DNA of 62,756 bases, filler included, from Chiloscyllium plagiosum (Eukaryota): NCBI RefSeq assembly GCF_004010195.1. It is 6 parts of one record of this genome, joined end to end, with 100 filler letters (N's around TTAATTAATTAA, not from the genome) between each part and the next. Parts side by side here need not be neighbours in the genome. Positions count along the whole stretch, not along the records: positions 32,244 to 43,094 come from NC_057714.1; positions 43,195 to 48,702 come from NC_057714.1; positions 48,803 to 57,267 come from NC_057714.1; 3 more parts are not named here. One strand, 5' to 3'. The translations under genes were made by a program, and so were the position numbers. The notes under the pieces were generated by a model. The model was not told where the DNA came from. It saw only the letters and a list, made by a program, of their open reading frames with translations, and did not search any database. This document shows positions 37,566 to 50,789 of the stretch, in pieces (the first letter of the stretch is position 1; each line of letters starts with the position of its first letter).

Positions 37566-38672
37566 GGTCATAGAGGTGTACAGCACGGAAACAGGCACTT
37601 CGGTCCAACTCGTCCATGCTGACCAGATATCCCAACCCAATCTAGTCCCACCTGCTAGTACCTGGTCCATATCTCTCCAAACCCTTCCTATTCATATACC
37701 CATCCATATGCCTTTTGAAAGTTGCAATTGTACTAGCCTCCACCACTTCCTCTGGCAGCTCATTCCATACACGTACCACCTTCTGCGTGAAAATGTTGCC
37801 CCTTAGATCTCTTCTTTATCTTTCCCCTCTCACCCTAAACCTATGCCCTCTAGTCTGGACTCCCCAACCCCAGGGGAAAGACTTTGTCTATTTATCCTAT
37901 CCATGCCATCATGATTTTGTAAACCTCTATAAGGTCACCTCTCAGCCTCCGATGTTCTATGGAAAATAGCCACAGCCTATTCAATCTCTCCCCATAACTC
38001 AAATCCTCCAACCCTGGCAACATCCTTGTAAATCTTTTCTGAACTCTTTCAAGTTTCACAACATCTTTCCGATAGGAATGAGACCAGAATTGCACGCAAT
38101 ATTCCAATAGTGGCCTAACCAATGTCCTGTACAGCTGCAACATGACCTCCCACCTCCTGTACTCAATACTCTGACCAATAAAAGAAAGCATACCAAACGC
38201 CTTCTTCACTATCCTATCTGAAAATGTGTTGCTGGAAAAGCGCAGCAGGTCAGGCAGCATCCAGGGAACAGGAGAATCGACGCTTATGCCCGAAATGTCG
38301 ATTCTCCTGTTCCCTGGATGCTGCCTGACCTGCTGCGCTTTTCCAGCAACACATTTTCAGCTCTGATCTCCAGCATCTGCAGACCTCACTTTCTCCTCAC
38401 TATCCTATCTACCTACAACTCCACTTTCAAGCAACTATGAAACTACACTCCAAGGTCTCTTTGTTCAGCAACACTCCCTCGGATCTTACCATTAAGTGTA
38501 TAACTCCTGCTAAGATTTGCTTTCCCAAAATGCAGCACCTCACATTTATCTAAGTTAAACTCCATCTGGCCCATCTGATCAGATCCCATTGTAATCTGAG
38601 GTAACTGTCTTTGCTGTCCACAACACCTCCAATTTTGGTGTCATCTGCAAACTTACTAACTGTACCTCTTAT
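37566..38672 (-). mobile_element. Younger CR1 (HER1-like) 3' portion
   Basis: KFADDTK, DRIVKKAFGMLSFIGQSIEY, LERVQKRFTRMLPGLE and the 3' tail. Confidence 0.93.
38220..38396. mobile_element. Palindromic family A element with central deletion and 14-bp TSD
   Basis: The ~60-bp arms match almost perfectly. TCACTATCCTATCT occurs at 38206-38219 and 38397-38410. Confidence 0.9.
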
Positions 38673-39310
38673 GGCCTCGGGCATCTCGCCTGTGGTCTGA
38701 CAGGAATTAAAAATTATTGCCAAGGCCCCTGGTATCTGATACAGTCTGAACTTTATTTCATTCTGGCCTATGGATTTATCTGCTTCTAAGAATGCTAAAC
38801 CTGCCCATATCTTCCCACACTTCCTCTACGTCCATTTCATTGAATATTTCACAGCACCTTATCATGATATCCATACCTATGTTGCCTTTATTTATTGTGA
38901 AGACCAGCATAAAGTATTGATTGAGCATTGTGCCTACATCTTTGATATATATTTAGGTTACTTCTATGGTCTTTAATTGCTCCTAATCTTTGCCTAGTTG
39001 TTCTCTTGCTTTTGACAAAATTTTAGACATCCCTTCAGGTTTTCCTCTATTCCACCTAGCAATGCTTTCTTATGCAATCTCCCCCCTCTGCAATATTTAC
39101 ACTGTGCTAGAAACTCGACCATGTTTTTCACTCAGTATCTGCAATAACCTTTTTGTTCAATCCTAAACCTCATGTGCCTTGAAATCCAGGGTTCTACAGT
39201 CTTTGTCCTATCAATTTTTTTTGTACACAAATATATCTGCTTTGTAGTCTCAGTATTTATCTTTGAATGCTTTCCATCACTCTGACAGTTTTATCTGCAA
39301 GACACCCGGC

Positions 39311-40947
39311 AACGTTGGCAAGGGCTGAATGGCATCACAGGTTCTAAAAAGAGACAGTGCAAGAAAGCAAACAATGACATATCCCTCCCAGATCATATCA
39401 ACATCTTCTATGCTTGCTTTGAGCAGAATTTTGGCGGAAAGGTAACCTTTCTCAACAGTCACTGCATTAGAGGTCAGATCGGTTTTCCTTCGTATGAATC
39501 CAAGGAAAGCTATGGAACCAGACGGAGTACCAGGCCGTGCACTCAGAGCATGCACAGACCAACTGGCAGAGGTCTTCTAGGATATCTTCAACTTCTCCCT
39601 GCAGCAGGCCACTGTCCCTGCCTGTTTCAAGAGGGCCATCATCATCCGTGTGCCTAAGAAGGCTCATGCAGCATGTCTCAATGACTATCACCCAGTGGCC
39701 CTAACTTTGGTGGTCATGAAGTGCTTTGAAAGGCTGGTCATGGCATTAACTCCAGCCTCCCTACTACTCTTGACCCACTACAATTTGCCTATCGTAACAA
39801 AAGATTCACATCAGATGCCATATCACTTGTCCTTCACTCCTCCCTAGAACATCTTGACATCAAGAACAGCTACGTAAGAATCCTACTCATTGACTACAGT
39901 TCAGCCTTCAACACTATTGTCCCTTCGAGTCTGATTACTAAACTTAGCGATCTCAGACTAAGCCCCACTCTCTGCAACTGGATCCTCAGTTTCCTGACCC
40001 ACAGGCCACAATCAGTGAAGACTGGGGACAAGATTTTATCCTCACTAACACTCAACACTGGAACCCTCCAGGGGTGTGTACTCAGCCCCCTTCTGTACTC
40101 ATTGTATACCCATGACTGTGTCGCCAAATACCACACTAATGCCATTTACAAGTTTGCTGATGACACCACCATAGTCGTTCGAATCTCAGATGGTGACAAA
40201 ACAGACTAGAGATGGGAGTTGGAAGACCTGGAAAAATGGTGCACTGAGAACAACCTAGCTCTCAATGCCAGCAAAACCAAGGAACTCATTATTGATTTTT
40301 GGTGGGATGTTACTCATGTCCCCCTACACATTAACAGCACAGAATGAGTGCTGTTGAATGAGTGGAGAGTGTCAAGCTCCTGGGAGTGATCATCCACAAC
40401 AAGCTTTCTTGGAAGCTTCATGTGGACGCACTGGTTACAAAGACCCAACAACGTTCCTTCTCCCTCAGGCAGCTGAGGAAATTTGGCATGACAGCGAATA
40501 CCCTTACCAATTTTTATAGGTGCACCATCTAGAACATTCTGTCAGGATGTATCACTACCTGGTATGGCAACTGTACCATTCAAGATTGGAGATGTTACAG
40601 AGAGTGGTGAACTCGCCCAGACAATCACAAAGGCCAACCTCCCATCTATAGAATCCATCTATCAGGCCCGCTGTCAAGGAAAGGCCGCCAGCATTCGCAA
40701 AGATCCACCCTACCCTGGCAATGTTTTTCTACAACCTCTACCATCAGGGAGAAGGTACAGAAGCCTGAACACATGCACCAGCCGGTTTTGAAACAGTTTC
40801 TACCCTACTGTTGTTAGAATACTGAATGGACTCACAAACTCTTAACATTTGTAGCATACTATCTATGCTACATAACTATGTGATCTGACAAAGCTTTTTA
40901 CTGTGCCTTGGTACACGTGACAATAGATTCAATTCAATTCAATTCAA
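39311..40947 (+). mobile_element. Rex1/Babar-type LINE, RT to 3' (ATTCA)n tail
   Basis: [35 protein letters not shown] and [28 protein letters not shown]. Ends ATTCAATTCAATTCAATTCA. Confidence 0.88.
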
Positions 40948-42121
40948 CTGCTCCCAGTCTACTTGGGCCAAATCACATTTTATGTTCATAAACTTGATCT
41001 TTCTGAATTTAGAACTTTTACTACCATCCCATTCCTATCCTTTTCCTACCATCCCATTCCTATCCTTTTCCATAGTTTACTAAATTTGAGTTATGGTGAC
41101 ACTCTCCAAAATGCCCCCCGACTGAATGCTTTCCACCGGCCCAGGCTCATTTCTGAACTTTAGGTCCAGAAATGACCTCACTTGTTGGGCTTCCTATGTC
41201 CTGGCTAAAATTATTCTCCTGGGTACAATTAGTAATTTTTCACCGTCCCCTCCTGAAATCTAAAACTATCCCAGTTAATATTCGGGTCTCAATAATCTCC
41301 TACTATTACAATGTAAAATTATTCTTACACTTTTCTGAATTTTGATTAGATATTTGACTACATACCTTTTCCCTGACTGACTGGGGCCCTGTCTTTCAAC
41401 TCCATCAGAGTATTTGCCCCTTTAAATTTCTTTACTTCTATTCATACAGCATCATTAAATGAACCTTCCAAGATGACCTTCACTTATCTATGTTATTGTT
41501 TAGACTCCTTGCATCAACATATATGCTATTTAACTTTGGTAAACTCACTTCTTTCTTAATTGTGTTTCAGCTGCTTTCCAGACTGACACTCACATTTTAA
41601 CTTCTAATTCTATCTCAGTTTGCCTCCTGTCTGAACTAATTGTCTTGATCCCATCCCACTACCAACCTAGTTGAAATCTGCCACAACAACACTTGCAAAA
41701 CACCCCAAGATGTTGATCCTGTCCCTGTTCAGATGGAACCTCTCCAACTTGTACTGACCTTATCTCCTCCAGAAATATTCCCAGTGTCTCAGAAAGCTAA
41801 ATCCTTCCCTCCTGCATTTCCTCTCTATCTTTCACTTCTATATTTCTATTCTGACACTGGCTACTGCCTTGTAGAGGGTGCAATCTTGACATTACTCTCT
41901 TTCAAGTCTGCTTATCAGTATTCTACCTAACTCTCTGAAGTTTGTTTGGAGGACCTCTTCTTTCTTTCTTCCTATGTCATTGTTCTTAACATAGACCACA
42001 GCTTCTGGCTATTCACCCTCCCCTTTCAGAATGCCCTGCAGCTGTCTGTGACATCCTCCATCTTAATACATAGGCAGCAACATTCAATCCTGAGCCTGTC
42101 TACCTCTTTTACTGACAAATT

Positions 42122-42815
42122 AGATCATAGAACTGTGCAGCACAGTATAGGCCCTTCGGCCCTCGAAGTTGTGCTAACTTTTTATCCTACACCAAGATCA
42201 AACTAACCTACATGCCCTTCATTTTACTATCATCCATATGCCTATCCAAGAGTCGCTTAAATGTCCTTAGTGCGTCTGACTCTACTACAACTGCTGGCAG
42301 TGCATTCCATGCACCCACCACTCTCTGTGTAAAGAACCAACTTCTGACATCTCTCCTAAACCTTCCTCCAATCAACTTAAAATTATGCCCCCTCGTGATA
42401 GCTTTTTCCGCCATGTGAAGGAGTCTCTGACTATCCATTCTATCTATGCCTCTCGTCATCTTGTACACCTCCATTAAGTCACTACTCAACCTTCTTCATT
42501 TCAATGAGAAAAGTCGTGGCTCCCTCAACCTTTCTTCATAAGACATGCCCTCCAATACAGTCATCATCCTGGTAAATCTCTTCTGCACCCTCTCTAAAGC
42601 TTCCACATCCTTCCTATAATGAGGCAACTTGAACTGAACACAATATTCCAAGTGCAGTCTAACCTCGGCTCTATAGAGCTGCAGCATAACCTCACAGCTC
42701 TTAAGCTCAATTCCCCTGCTAATGAAAGCCGACACACCATTTACCTTCTTAACAATCCTATCAACTTGGGTAGTAACTTTGAGGGATCTACGGACAAGAT
42801 CCCTCTGTTCCTCCA
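42122..42815 (-). mobile_element. CR1 3' portion, third subfamily
   Basis: VRLHLEYCVQF...ALERVQKRFTRM and DLMEVYKM..TRGHNFK..FFTQRVVGAWNALP. Confidence 0.88.
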
Positions 42816-42821
42816 TACTAC

Positions 42822-43094
42822 TGTAAGGTGACCGTCTGCCGAAACTGCAAGCAGGAAGGCCACCCGACCAAGGAATGTAAGGAGGCCAAGAACTGTAATC
42901 TGTGCGGAGAGGGGGGCCCCATGTACAAGGCCTGCCCAAGACGAGGGGCCGCCACCTACGCACAGATGGCCGGAGGTGGCAACACGAGCCGTGGACCGCC
43001 TAAGACCAGCAAGGTACCACAAAACAGCACGGGAACGGTATCTGGAGGCACCCAGAAGGAAGGGCAGGCTGTAGCGGAGCAGACGGCAGACAGC
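42822..43094 (+). mobile_element. L1/Tx1-type ORF1 fragment with tandem CCHC zinc knuckles
   Basis: CRNCKQEGHPTKEC (CX2CX4HX4C) and CNLCGEGGPMYKAC (His replaced by Pro), then TYAQMA. Runs into a gap. Confidence 0.7.
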
Positions 43095-43194
43095 NNNNNN
43101 NNNNNNNNNNNNNNNNNNNNNNNNNNNNNNNNNNNNNNTTAATTAATTAANNNNNNNNNNNNNNNNNNNNNNNNNNNNNNNNNNNNNNNNNNNN

Positions 43195-44640
43195 CCGGAT
43201 AGCTGTGGGAGCCAGTGGGCTTGTAATGGATATTAGTGGATAGACTATTGCTGGAAATGGAGACAGAAAGGTCAAGGAAAGGAAGGCAAGTGTCGGAGAT
43301 GGACCAGGTGAAGGTGATGGAGGAATGGAAACTGGAAGCGAAGTTTCTGAATTTTTCAAGGTCAGGACAAGAGCATGAAGCCGCACCGAAATAGTCATCG
43401 ATTTATCGATAAAGCAGTTGTGGGAGGGGACCAGGGTTGGCCTGGAACAAGGCATGTTCCACATACCCCATGAAAAGGCAGGAATAGCTAGGACCCATGC
43501 AGGTACCCATTGCTACACCTTTGATTTGGAGAAAATGGGATGAGTTGAAGGAGAAGTTGAGAGAGAGAACAAGTTAAGCCAGGAGGAGGAGAGTGGTGGT
43601 GGATGGAGATTGTTCAGGCCTCTTTTCGAAAAAGAAGCGAAGAGTTTTCAAGCCATCTTGGTGTGGGATGGAGGTGTAAAGCGATTGCACATCCATGGTG
43701 AATAGAAGGTGGTTAGGGCCTGTGAATGTGAAGCTGTCAATGTGTCGCAGGGCATCACAGGAATCCCGAATGTAGGTGGGGAGGGCGTGAACCAGAGGAG
43801 TAAGGATGGAGTCAAGGTAGGAGGAAATAAGTTCAGTGGGGCAGGAGCATGCTGACACAATGGGCCTGCTGGGACAGTCCTTCTTGTGAATTTTGGGGAG
43901 TAGGTAGAAACAGGTTGTCCGGGGTTAGGACACTATGAGATTGGAAGCTGTGGGGGGGAGGCATCCGGAGGAAATGAGGTCAGTCATGATGTTGGAGACA
44001 ATGGCTTGATGCTCAGTGGTGTAGTCATGCTCCAGAGGGAGGTAGGAGGAGGAATCTGAGAGTTGGCGCTCAGCCTCTGCGAGGTAAGAGGTTAGTACGC
44101 CAGATGACAACAGCACTCCCTTTGTCAGCAGGTTTGATGACAAGATTGGGGTTGGACCTAAGGGAGCGAAGGGCAGAAAGTTCGGATAGAGAGAGGTTGG
44201 AATGGGTAAGAGGGGCAGAAAATGAAGGCGGCCAATATCCCGTCGACAATTGTTAATGAAAAGATCGAGGGCAGGAAATTGTCCTGGCGGGGATGTCCAA
44301 TTAGAGGTGGAATGTTGGAGGGATGTGAAAGGATCTGTGGAGAGGGGGGAGGACTCTTGCTCAAAGAAGTGAGCATGAAGGCGAAGACAATGGAAGAAAA
44401 GCTCAGCATCATGTCGAGCCCACAATTCATTGAGGTGGGGACATAAGGGTACAAAGCTGAGTCCTTTGCTGAGAACAGCACGCTCAGCCTCAGAGAGGGG
44501 AAGGTCAGAGGATATGGTGAACACACGGCAAGGGCTGGGGCTGGAAGAGTTGGGGTTCGAGGGATTGGGACTGTTGGAAGGTGGAGGCTGGGCAGGGGTG
44601 TGGATGAGGGATGTGGAATCTCTCTCCCCTGCTTGACTGC
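43195..44640 (-). mobile_element. PLE reverse transcriptase, disrupted
   Basis: LSEAERAVLSKGLSFVP, RPIVSACSCPTE.IS.YLD, FTMDVQSLYTSIPH, QIKGVAMGT.MGPSY and IDD. Confidence 0.92.
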
Positions 44641-45219
44641 GATTATACAGAAACAACGGAGCACATAGCACAGTAATAATATTTTAGTCAAAAACAGTTA
44701 CTTAAACCAGATGCATGGTAGGAGCTTCAATGATGAATACTTCCATCACTGTGATGGTAGGTTTGGTGTGTAAACTGATCTTCTCAGAGTATCAGAAAAC
44801 CATGAGAGTGGGAATCCGACAGTCCATAATTAATCACAATTCTAGACTCAAACAGATGCACACAGTGAGATGATACCCTCGAGCAATGGCATGAATAACA
44901 AAAGAGCAGTCAGTTAGTATTTATGTCAACACCATTTCCTTCCTGATGTGCAAATGACAGCAATACACAAATAATATTTAGTATTGTGTCTCAAAATAAT
45001 GAATCAACAGCAAACAGAAGAGGAGAAATCTGCTACTAATATTGTGTCACATACCATTGTGTCATATATATATATATATCCAAATGATGAGATTCAATCG
45101 TGTCATCCACGAATGATTTTCTCTCATTTAGTGAAAACTTAGAACCAAAGCACGTGAACAATCAAATTGAATTTAACAGACAAGAGGAACCCAAGCTTTG
45201 TCCAATATTTAGCATATAT

Positions 45220-45362
45220 AGTCAGAGATGTACAGCACGGAAACAGACCCTTCGGTCCAACCCATCCATGCCGACCAGATATCTCAACCCAATCTAGTCC
45301 CACCTGCCAGCACCCGGCCCATATCCGTTCAAACCCTTCTTATTCATATATCCATATACCAT
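45220..45362 (-). mobile_element. CR1 3' tail fragment
   Basis: GATGTACAGCACGGAAACAGACCCTTCGGTCCAAC matches other CR1 3' UTRs in the window. Confidence 0.85.
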
Positions 45363-46065
45363 GCATTACACCCATCCACCATCACAGTCTCTTTCTGTCA
45401 TAACTTTAACATGTGCAAATCCGTTTCTCTGAATATTTAGTCAATTTTTCATTCAAGTAAAAGGAGGTAATTTGGAAGTTTCCAAAATTTCTGGGTCAAC
45501 ATTTTCTGTATGGTGCATAATGTAAGCGAACAGATCTAACTGGAAGAGTCAAATGTTGAGGCCAGGCCTGCAAGCTTTACCTCAAGACAGCTCCCGACCT
45601 AGAAGACTCTTGTTCAAATCTACCACTAGTATACCCCCTTCCCATCAACTCCATCACCACTTCTTCTGATATGGGAGGCCTTGTCTGTGGCAAAAGGAGG
45701 TTCAGCCCCAAACCTGTGAAAATTGATAGGAAAGATCTAAATCCAAAATGTTCCAGTCCCTTGCACAACATTGGTGCTGGGTATACAGCAGGAGTGCCCC
45801 AGAATTGATTTTCATCCTAATGATACAGTAGGCATTGGAGGGAGGATAACACATTGCCTCAATGGACTCCTCTTGTGGGCATAGAGAGGATGAAAATAGA
45901 ATGTATTTTAAACTACAACCAAAAGGCAAACTAACATGATGAAGTATTTTACTGTTATTGCACTGTATAGCTATGAATATGAAATGAACAAGTGGATGAA
46001 TAGGAGAAGAGAGAATTAAAAGGATGGTTTTAATAATGCAACAACAGTAAAATCTTCTTTAAAGA

Positions 46066-46640
46066 AACAAAAACAGAAATTGCTGGAGAAACTCAGCAGG
46101 GAGGTCAGCAACTGTGGAGAGAGAAAGCAGAGTTAATGCTTCAAGTCAAGTAAACCTTCTTCAGAACTGATAGTGGCTAGGAAAAAGTGGTATATATACT
46201 GAAAACAAAGGAGTGTTTATGGGAGGGCAGTTAGGGTGATGGTGGTGGAAGGTGTGAGTGGATAGGTGGAAATGGAGCCCAAAGAGAGAGAGTAGCAGTT
46301 AGGCTGACAAAAGAGATGGATGATAGTATGCCAGGGAAAAAGAAAAAAAATGATAAGAGGGACCATAAGTGGGCGAGAATAGATTGGTTGTGCTGAAAGT
46401 AGACCTGGAATGTGGGGCAAGGAAAGGAGGTGTGGATCAGTTTCGAAAATCACAGAACCTAATATTGAGTCCTGACGGCTGCATGGTCCCCAAGTAGAAA
46501 ATGAGATGCTGTTCCTCCAGCTTTTACTGAGTTTCACTGGAGCTCTGCAGCAGGCCCAAGAAAGAGATGTTAGCAAGGAACTCGGTGGTGCATTGAAATA
46601 GCAGGAAACAGGAAACTCAAGGTTATTTTTGCAGACAGAG
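46066..46640 (-). mobile_element. PLE family B 3' end (GIY-YIG C-terminus plus terminal repeat with hammerhead-like core)
   Basis: The - strand reads PVSCYFN...KLEEQHLIFYLGTMQP. TCTTCAG lies at 46158-46164. Confidence 0.7.
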
Positions 46641-47279
46641 TTCTTCCTAAAAACGTTGAGCAGCTGTACCTGTTTTATTTGGTGAGAAGCACTCTCTGAG
46701 TGTAAAAATTGTGACGCTTTCTTCACTGTTCCAAAAATCTCAGCTCATAAAATACTGCGTGGTGGAAATGGGATGTGAACGATTCGGTGCCAGGTTTGCT
46801 GACCTGCACTTATCATCAGTGGAGTTTCATTAAATCAGAGCTTCGAGACTATAAAATGTTGTTAGCATGAAATCTGTCTCCCTTTCTTTAGTTCTTAGTT
46901 TAACTCTGAGTAAAGTAAATAAATAATGATGTCTATTTATTCAAAAGAATGTTTTATGAAGACAATGACTAGGAAACAATTTAAGCTTTATTTACACTAC
47001 AATCTTGGCCTTGGTGCAAAGCAGTTGACCTTCACACTAGTGCTAACAATATGGGGGAAAAGTTACTGTGGGAATATCCCACCATTTGGGAAGGTGACAG
47101 AATCAAACTGACCATTGTTTACACTACACTCAATAAAGGCAGTGGAAAGTAAAACCAGATGGCTTATTGGAAGAACTGTTTCGCACTGGGTGGATTTAAA
47201 ATTACTCCAAGATGGAAGTCCAGTGTCAGTCTGACTTGACAAAAATAGGAACCAACTAAGGCTAACAAGGTAAATTAGA

Positions 47280-48460
47280 GAAATGATTAAATCCATGGTA
47301 GGGGAATACAAATTGACCAAAAAATAGCAACAGACCAGAGGATTGGGAGCAATTTAGATTCCATCAAAAGGGACAAAGGGACTGATTTTGAGGGAAAAGT
47401 AAATTATGAGGTCAAGTTAATGGGATTGTAAAAGCTTCTATTGGTGCGTGATGAGAGAAAGGATATTGAAGACAAACATAATTCCCTTCCAATCAGAAAC
47501 AGGAGAAGTTATAATTGGGAACAAATGATGGCAGTCTAATTAAATGCATGTTTTCGGTTCGGTCTGCACAAAAGAGGAAATGGCATCACAAAATGTTTGG
47601 GGAACAGAGAGAAAAGTAAACCAGCAGGGGGAACTGAAGGAAAATAGTGTTAATATAGAAATGGAGTGGACGAGATTCATAGGATTAAAGGCTGATAAAT
47701 ACCCATGGCCCAATATTCTACATATTAGAGTACTTAAAAATGTCTTTAGAAATAATGGATGCATTGGTGGTCTGAAACAGTTCCTATGGATTGGATGGTA
47801 GCAAATATAACCCATGATTTATAAAGGGAGGAAGAGAAAAAAAATATATAAATTGGTTAGCCTTACTTCAGTAGTATTGAAAAGATTTAACAGTGGAGCA
47901 CTTGGAAAATAGTGACAGGATCAGATAGAGTCAACATGAATTTATGAAAGGGAAATCATGCTCAACAAAATCTATTGAAAGTTTTTGAGGATGTAACTGA
48001 GGCGGGAGTGATTTAATTGGGCTTTCAGGAGGCTTTCGATAAGGTTCCATATAAGAGATTATAAAATTAAAGTGAACGGGGTTGGGGGTAGTGACAGCAC
48101 ATGGATAGAGAACTGTTTGGCAGACAGCAAACAAACAAATAAATGGGTCATTTTCTGAGTGGCCACCAGTGAGCAGAGGGGTACCACAGGGTTCAGTGTT
48201 TGGACTCCATCTATTCACAATATATATTAATGATTTAGATGAGGGAACAACATAGAATCTCTCCAAGTTAACAGATAACATAAAAGGTGGGAGGGTGAAC
48301 TGTGAGGAAGATAAAGAGATGTACAATTTGGACAAGTTGAGTGAGTGGGCAAATGTATGGCAGATGAAATATAATGTGGAAAAAACCTAAGGTTACCCAT
48401 CTTAGTAGCAACAAAGCAAGGTGGATTATTATCTGAATGGCAATAGATTGGGTAAGGATG
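47280..48460 (+). mobile_element. Old CR1 ORF2 fragment
   Basis: KADKYPWP, QHEFMKGKSC, AFDKVP and GVPQGSVFG, all heavily decayed. Confidence 0.75.
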
Positions 48461-48702
48461 AGAGCTGGAAATGTGTTGCTGGAAAAGCGCAGCAGGTCAG
48501 GCAGCATCCAGGGAACAGGAGAATCGACGTTTCGGGCATAAGCCCTTCTTCAGGAATGGGGAAAGTTTGTCCAGCAGGCTAAGATAAAAGGTAGGGAGGA
48601 GGGACTTGGGGGAGGGGCGTCAGAAATGTGATAGGTGGAAAGAGGTCAAAGTGAGGGTGATAGGTCAGACTGGGGTGGGGGCGGAGAGGTCGGGAAGAAG
48701 AT
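48461..48702 (-). ncRNA. Family A terminal repeat with intact hammerhead core, running into a gap
   Basis: Reverse complement CTGAAGA-A-GGGC-TTAT-GCCC-GAAA-CGTC (TCTTCAG at 48547-48553). Confidence 0.8.
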
Positions 48703-48802
48703 NNNNNNNNNNNNNNNNNNNNNNNNNNNNNNNNNNNNNNNNNNNNTTAATTAATTAANNNNNNNNNNNNNNNNNNNNNNNNNNNNNNNNNNNNNNNNNN
48801 NN

Positions 48803-50568
48803 ACAGTCTATATCTTCCATATCCTTTTCCACAGTAAATGCTGATGCAAAATATTCATTTAGTATCTCCCCCATTTTATGTGGCTCCACACAAAGGCTGC
48901 CTTGCTGATCTTTGAGGGGCCCTATTCTCTCCCTAGTTACCCTTTTGTCCTTAATATAATTGTAAAAACCCTTTGGATTATCCTTAATTGCATTTGCCAA
49001 CGCTATCTCATGTCCCCGTTTTGCCCTCCTGATTTCCTCTTAAGTGTACTCCTACTTTCTTTATACTCTTCTAAGGATTCACTCGATCTTTCCTGTCTGT
49101 ACCTTACATACGCTTCCTTCTTTTTCTTAACCAAACCCTCAATTCCTTTAATCATCCAGAATTCCTTATACCTACCAGCCTTGCCTTTCACCCTGACAGG
49201 AATATACTTTCTATGGATTCTTGTTATCTCATTTCTGAAGGCTTCCCATTTTCCAGCCATCGCTTTACCTCTGCGTCCAATCAGCTTTCGAAAGTTCTTG
49301 CTTAATACCATCAAAATTGGCCTTTTTCCAGTTTAGAACTTCAACTTTTAGATCTGGTCTATCCTTTTCCATCACTATTTTAAAATGAACAGAATTATGG
49401 TCGCCGGCCCCAAAAGGGTTCCCCACTGACATCTCAGACACCTGCCCTGATTTATTTCCCAAGAGTAGGTCAGGTTTTGCACCTTCTCTAGTAGGTACAT
49501 CCACATACTGAATCAGAAAATTGTCTTGTACACACTTAAGAAATTCCTCTCCATCTAAACCTTTAACACTATGGCAATCCCAGTCGATGTTTGGAAAGTT
49601 AAAATCCCCTACCACAGCTACCCTATTATTCTTACAGATAGCTGAGATCTCCTTACAAGTTTGTTTCTCAATTTCCCTCTGACTATTCGGGGGTCTTTCA
49701 TACAGTCCCAGTAAGGTGATCATCCCTTTCTTATTTCTCAGTTCCACCCAAATAACTTCCCTGGATGTATTTCCAGGAGTATCCTCCCTCACACAGGTGT
49801 AATGCTATCCCTTATCAAAATGCTGCTCCCCCTCCTCTCTTGCCTCACTTTCTATCCTTCCTGTAGCATTTGTATCCTGGAACATTAAGCTGCCAGTCTT
49901 GCCCATCCCTGAGCCATGTTTCCATAATTGCTAGGATATCCCAATCCTATGTTCCTAACCATGACCTGAGTTCATCTGCCTTCCCTGTTAGGCCCCTTGC
50001 ATTGAAATAAATGCAGTTCAATTTATTAGTCCTACCTTGTCCCTTCCTGCCCTGACTGTTTGACTCACTTCTGTTCTCAGCTGTACCCGTCTCAGATCGA
50101 TCTCTTTCCTCACTATCTCCCTGGGTCCCNNNNNNNNNNNNNNNNNNNNNNNNNNNNNNNNNNNNNNNNNNNNNNNNNNNNNNNNNNNNNNNNNNNNNNN
50201 NNNNNNNNNNNNNNNNNNNTGCCTAACTCTCTGTAATCTCCCTTCAGAGTCTCAATCTTTTCCCTTCCAATGTCGTTAGTTCTAATGTGGACAATGACCT
50301 CCTGCTGGCTCCTCTCCCCCGTGAGAACATTCTGCACCCTCTCTGAGACATCCTTGATCCTGGCACCAGGGAAACAACACACCATTCTGCTTTTTCTCTG
50401 CTGGCCACAGAAACGTCTGTCTATACCTCTGACTACAGAATCCCCTAACACAATTGATCTCTTGGAAGCAGACGTACCCCTCATTGCATTAGAGCCAGTC
50501 TCAACACCAGAAACTTGGCTATTCGTGCTACATTCCCCTGAGTAGCCATCACCCCCTACATTTTCTGG
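48803..50568 (-). mobile_element. CR1 5' part: ORF1 SGNH/GDSL esterase and ORF2 APE endonuclease
   Basis: ORF1: SIVLGDSVVRG..CCFPGARIKDV..VHIRTND. ORF2: IWVEL, RPPN, VVGDFNFPNIDW, LIQYVDVPTR and GDHN. Confidence 0.9.
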
Positions 50569-50778
50569 ATGGTGGAAGTGGCGGAGGATGATGCAATGTA
50601 TACGGAGGTTGATGGGGTGGAGGGTGAGGATAGGGGGTGTTCTGTCCTTGTTGCATTGGGAGTGGTGGGGTTCAACAGCAGAGGTGCCGGAAATGGAGGA
50701 GATGTGCTGGAGGGCATCGTCAACCACATGGGAGGTAAAATTGCAGTCTTTCAAGAAGGAGGCCATCTGGGATTTTTA
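50569..50778 (-). mobile_element. PLE RT C-terminal fragment
   Basis: MASFLKDCNFTSHVVDDALQHISSI, homologous to 26990-27200. Confidence 0.8.
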
Positions 50779-50789
50779 ACTTTGACACC

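Larger units (their letters stand above)
36355..42120 (-). mobile_element. Long, old CR1 (3' end through EN/ORF1-like region), host to nested insertions
   Basis: FFTQRVVGVWNSL and FGILAFISHSIKYK near 36.5-36.9 kb. Decayed CR1-like sequence resumes at 38.67-39.3 kb and 40.95-42.1 kb. Confidence 0.6.

Noticed and set aside
41021..41070. 25-bp tandem duplication, and a 13-bp TGTTAATATAAGT tandem at ~52941-52995
   Set aside because: These are ordinary slippage or insertion-junction duplications within decayed CR1.
50113..50766. 217-aa ORF joining PLE RT-like and esterase-like sequence
   Set aside because: It is a chance in-frame junction of two unrelated decayed elements, extended through Ns.
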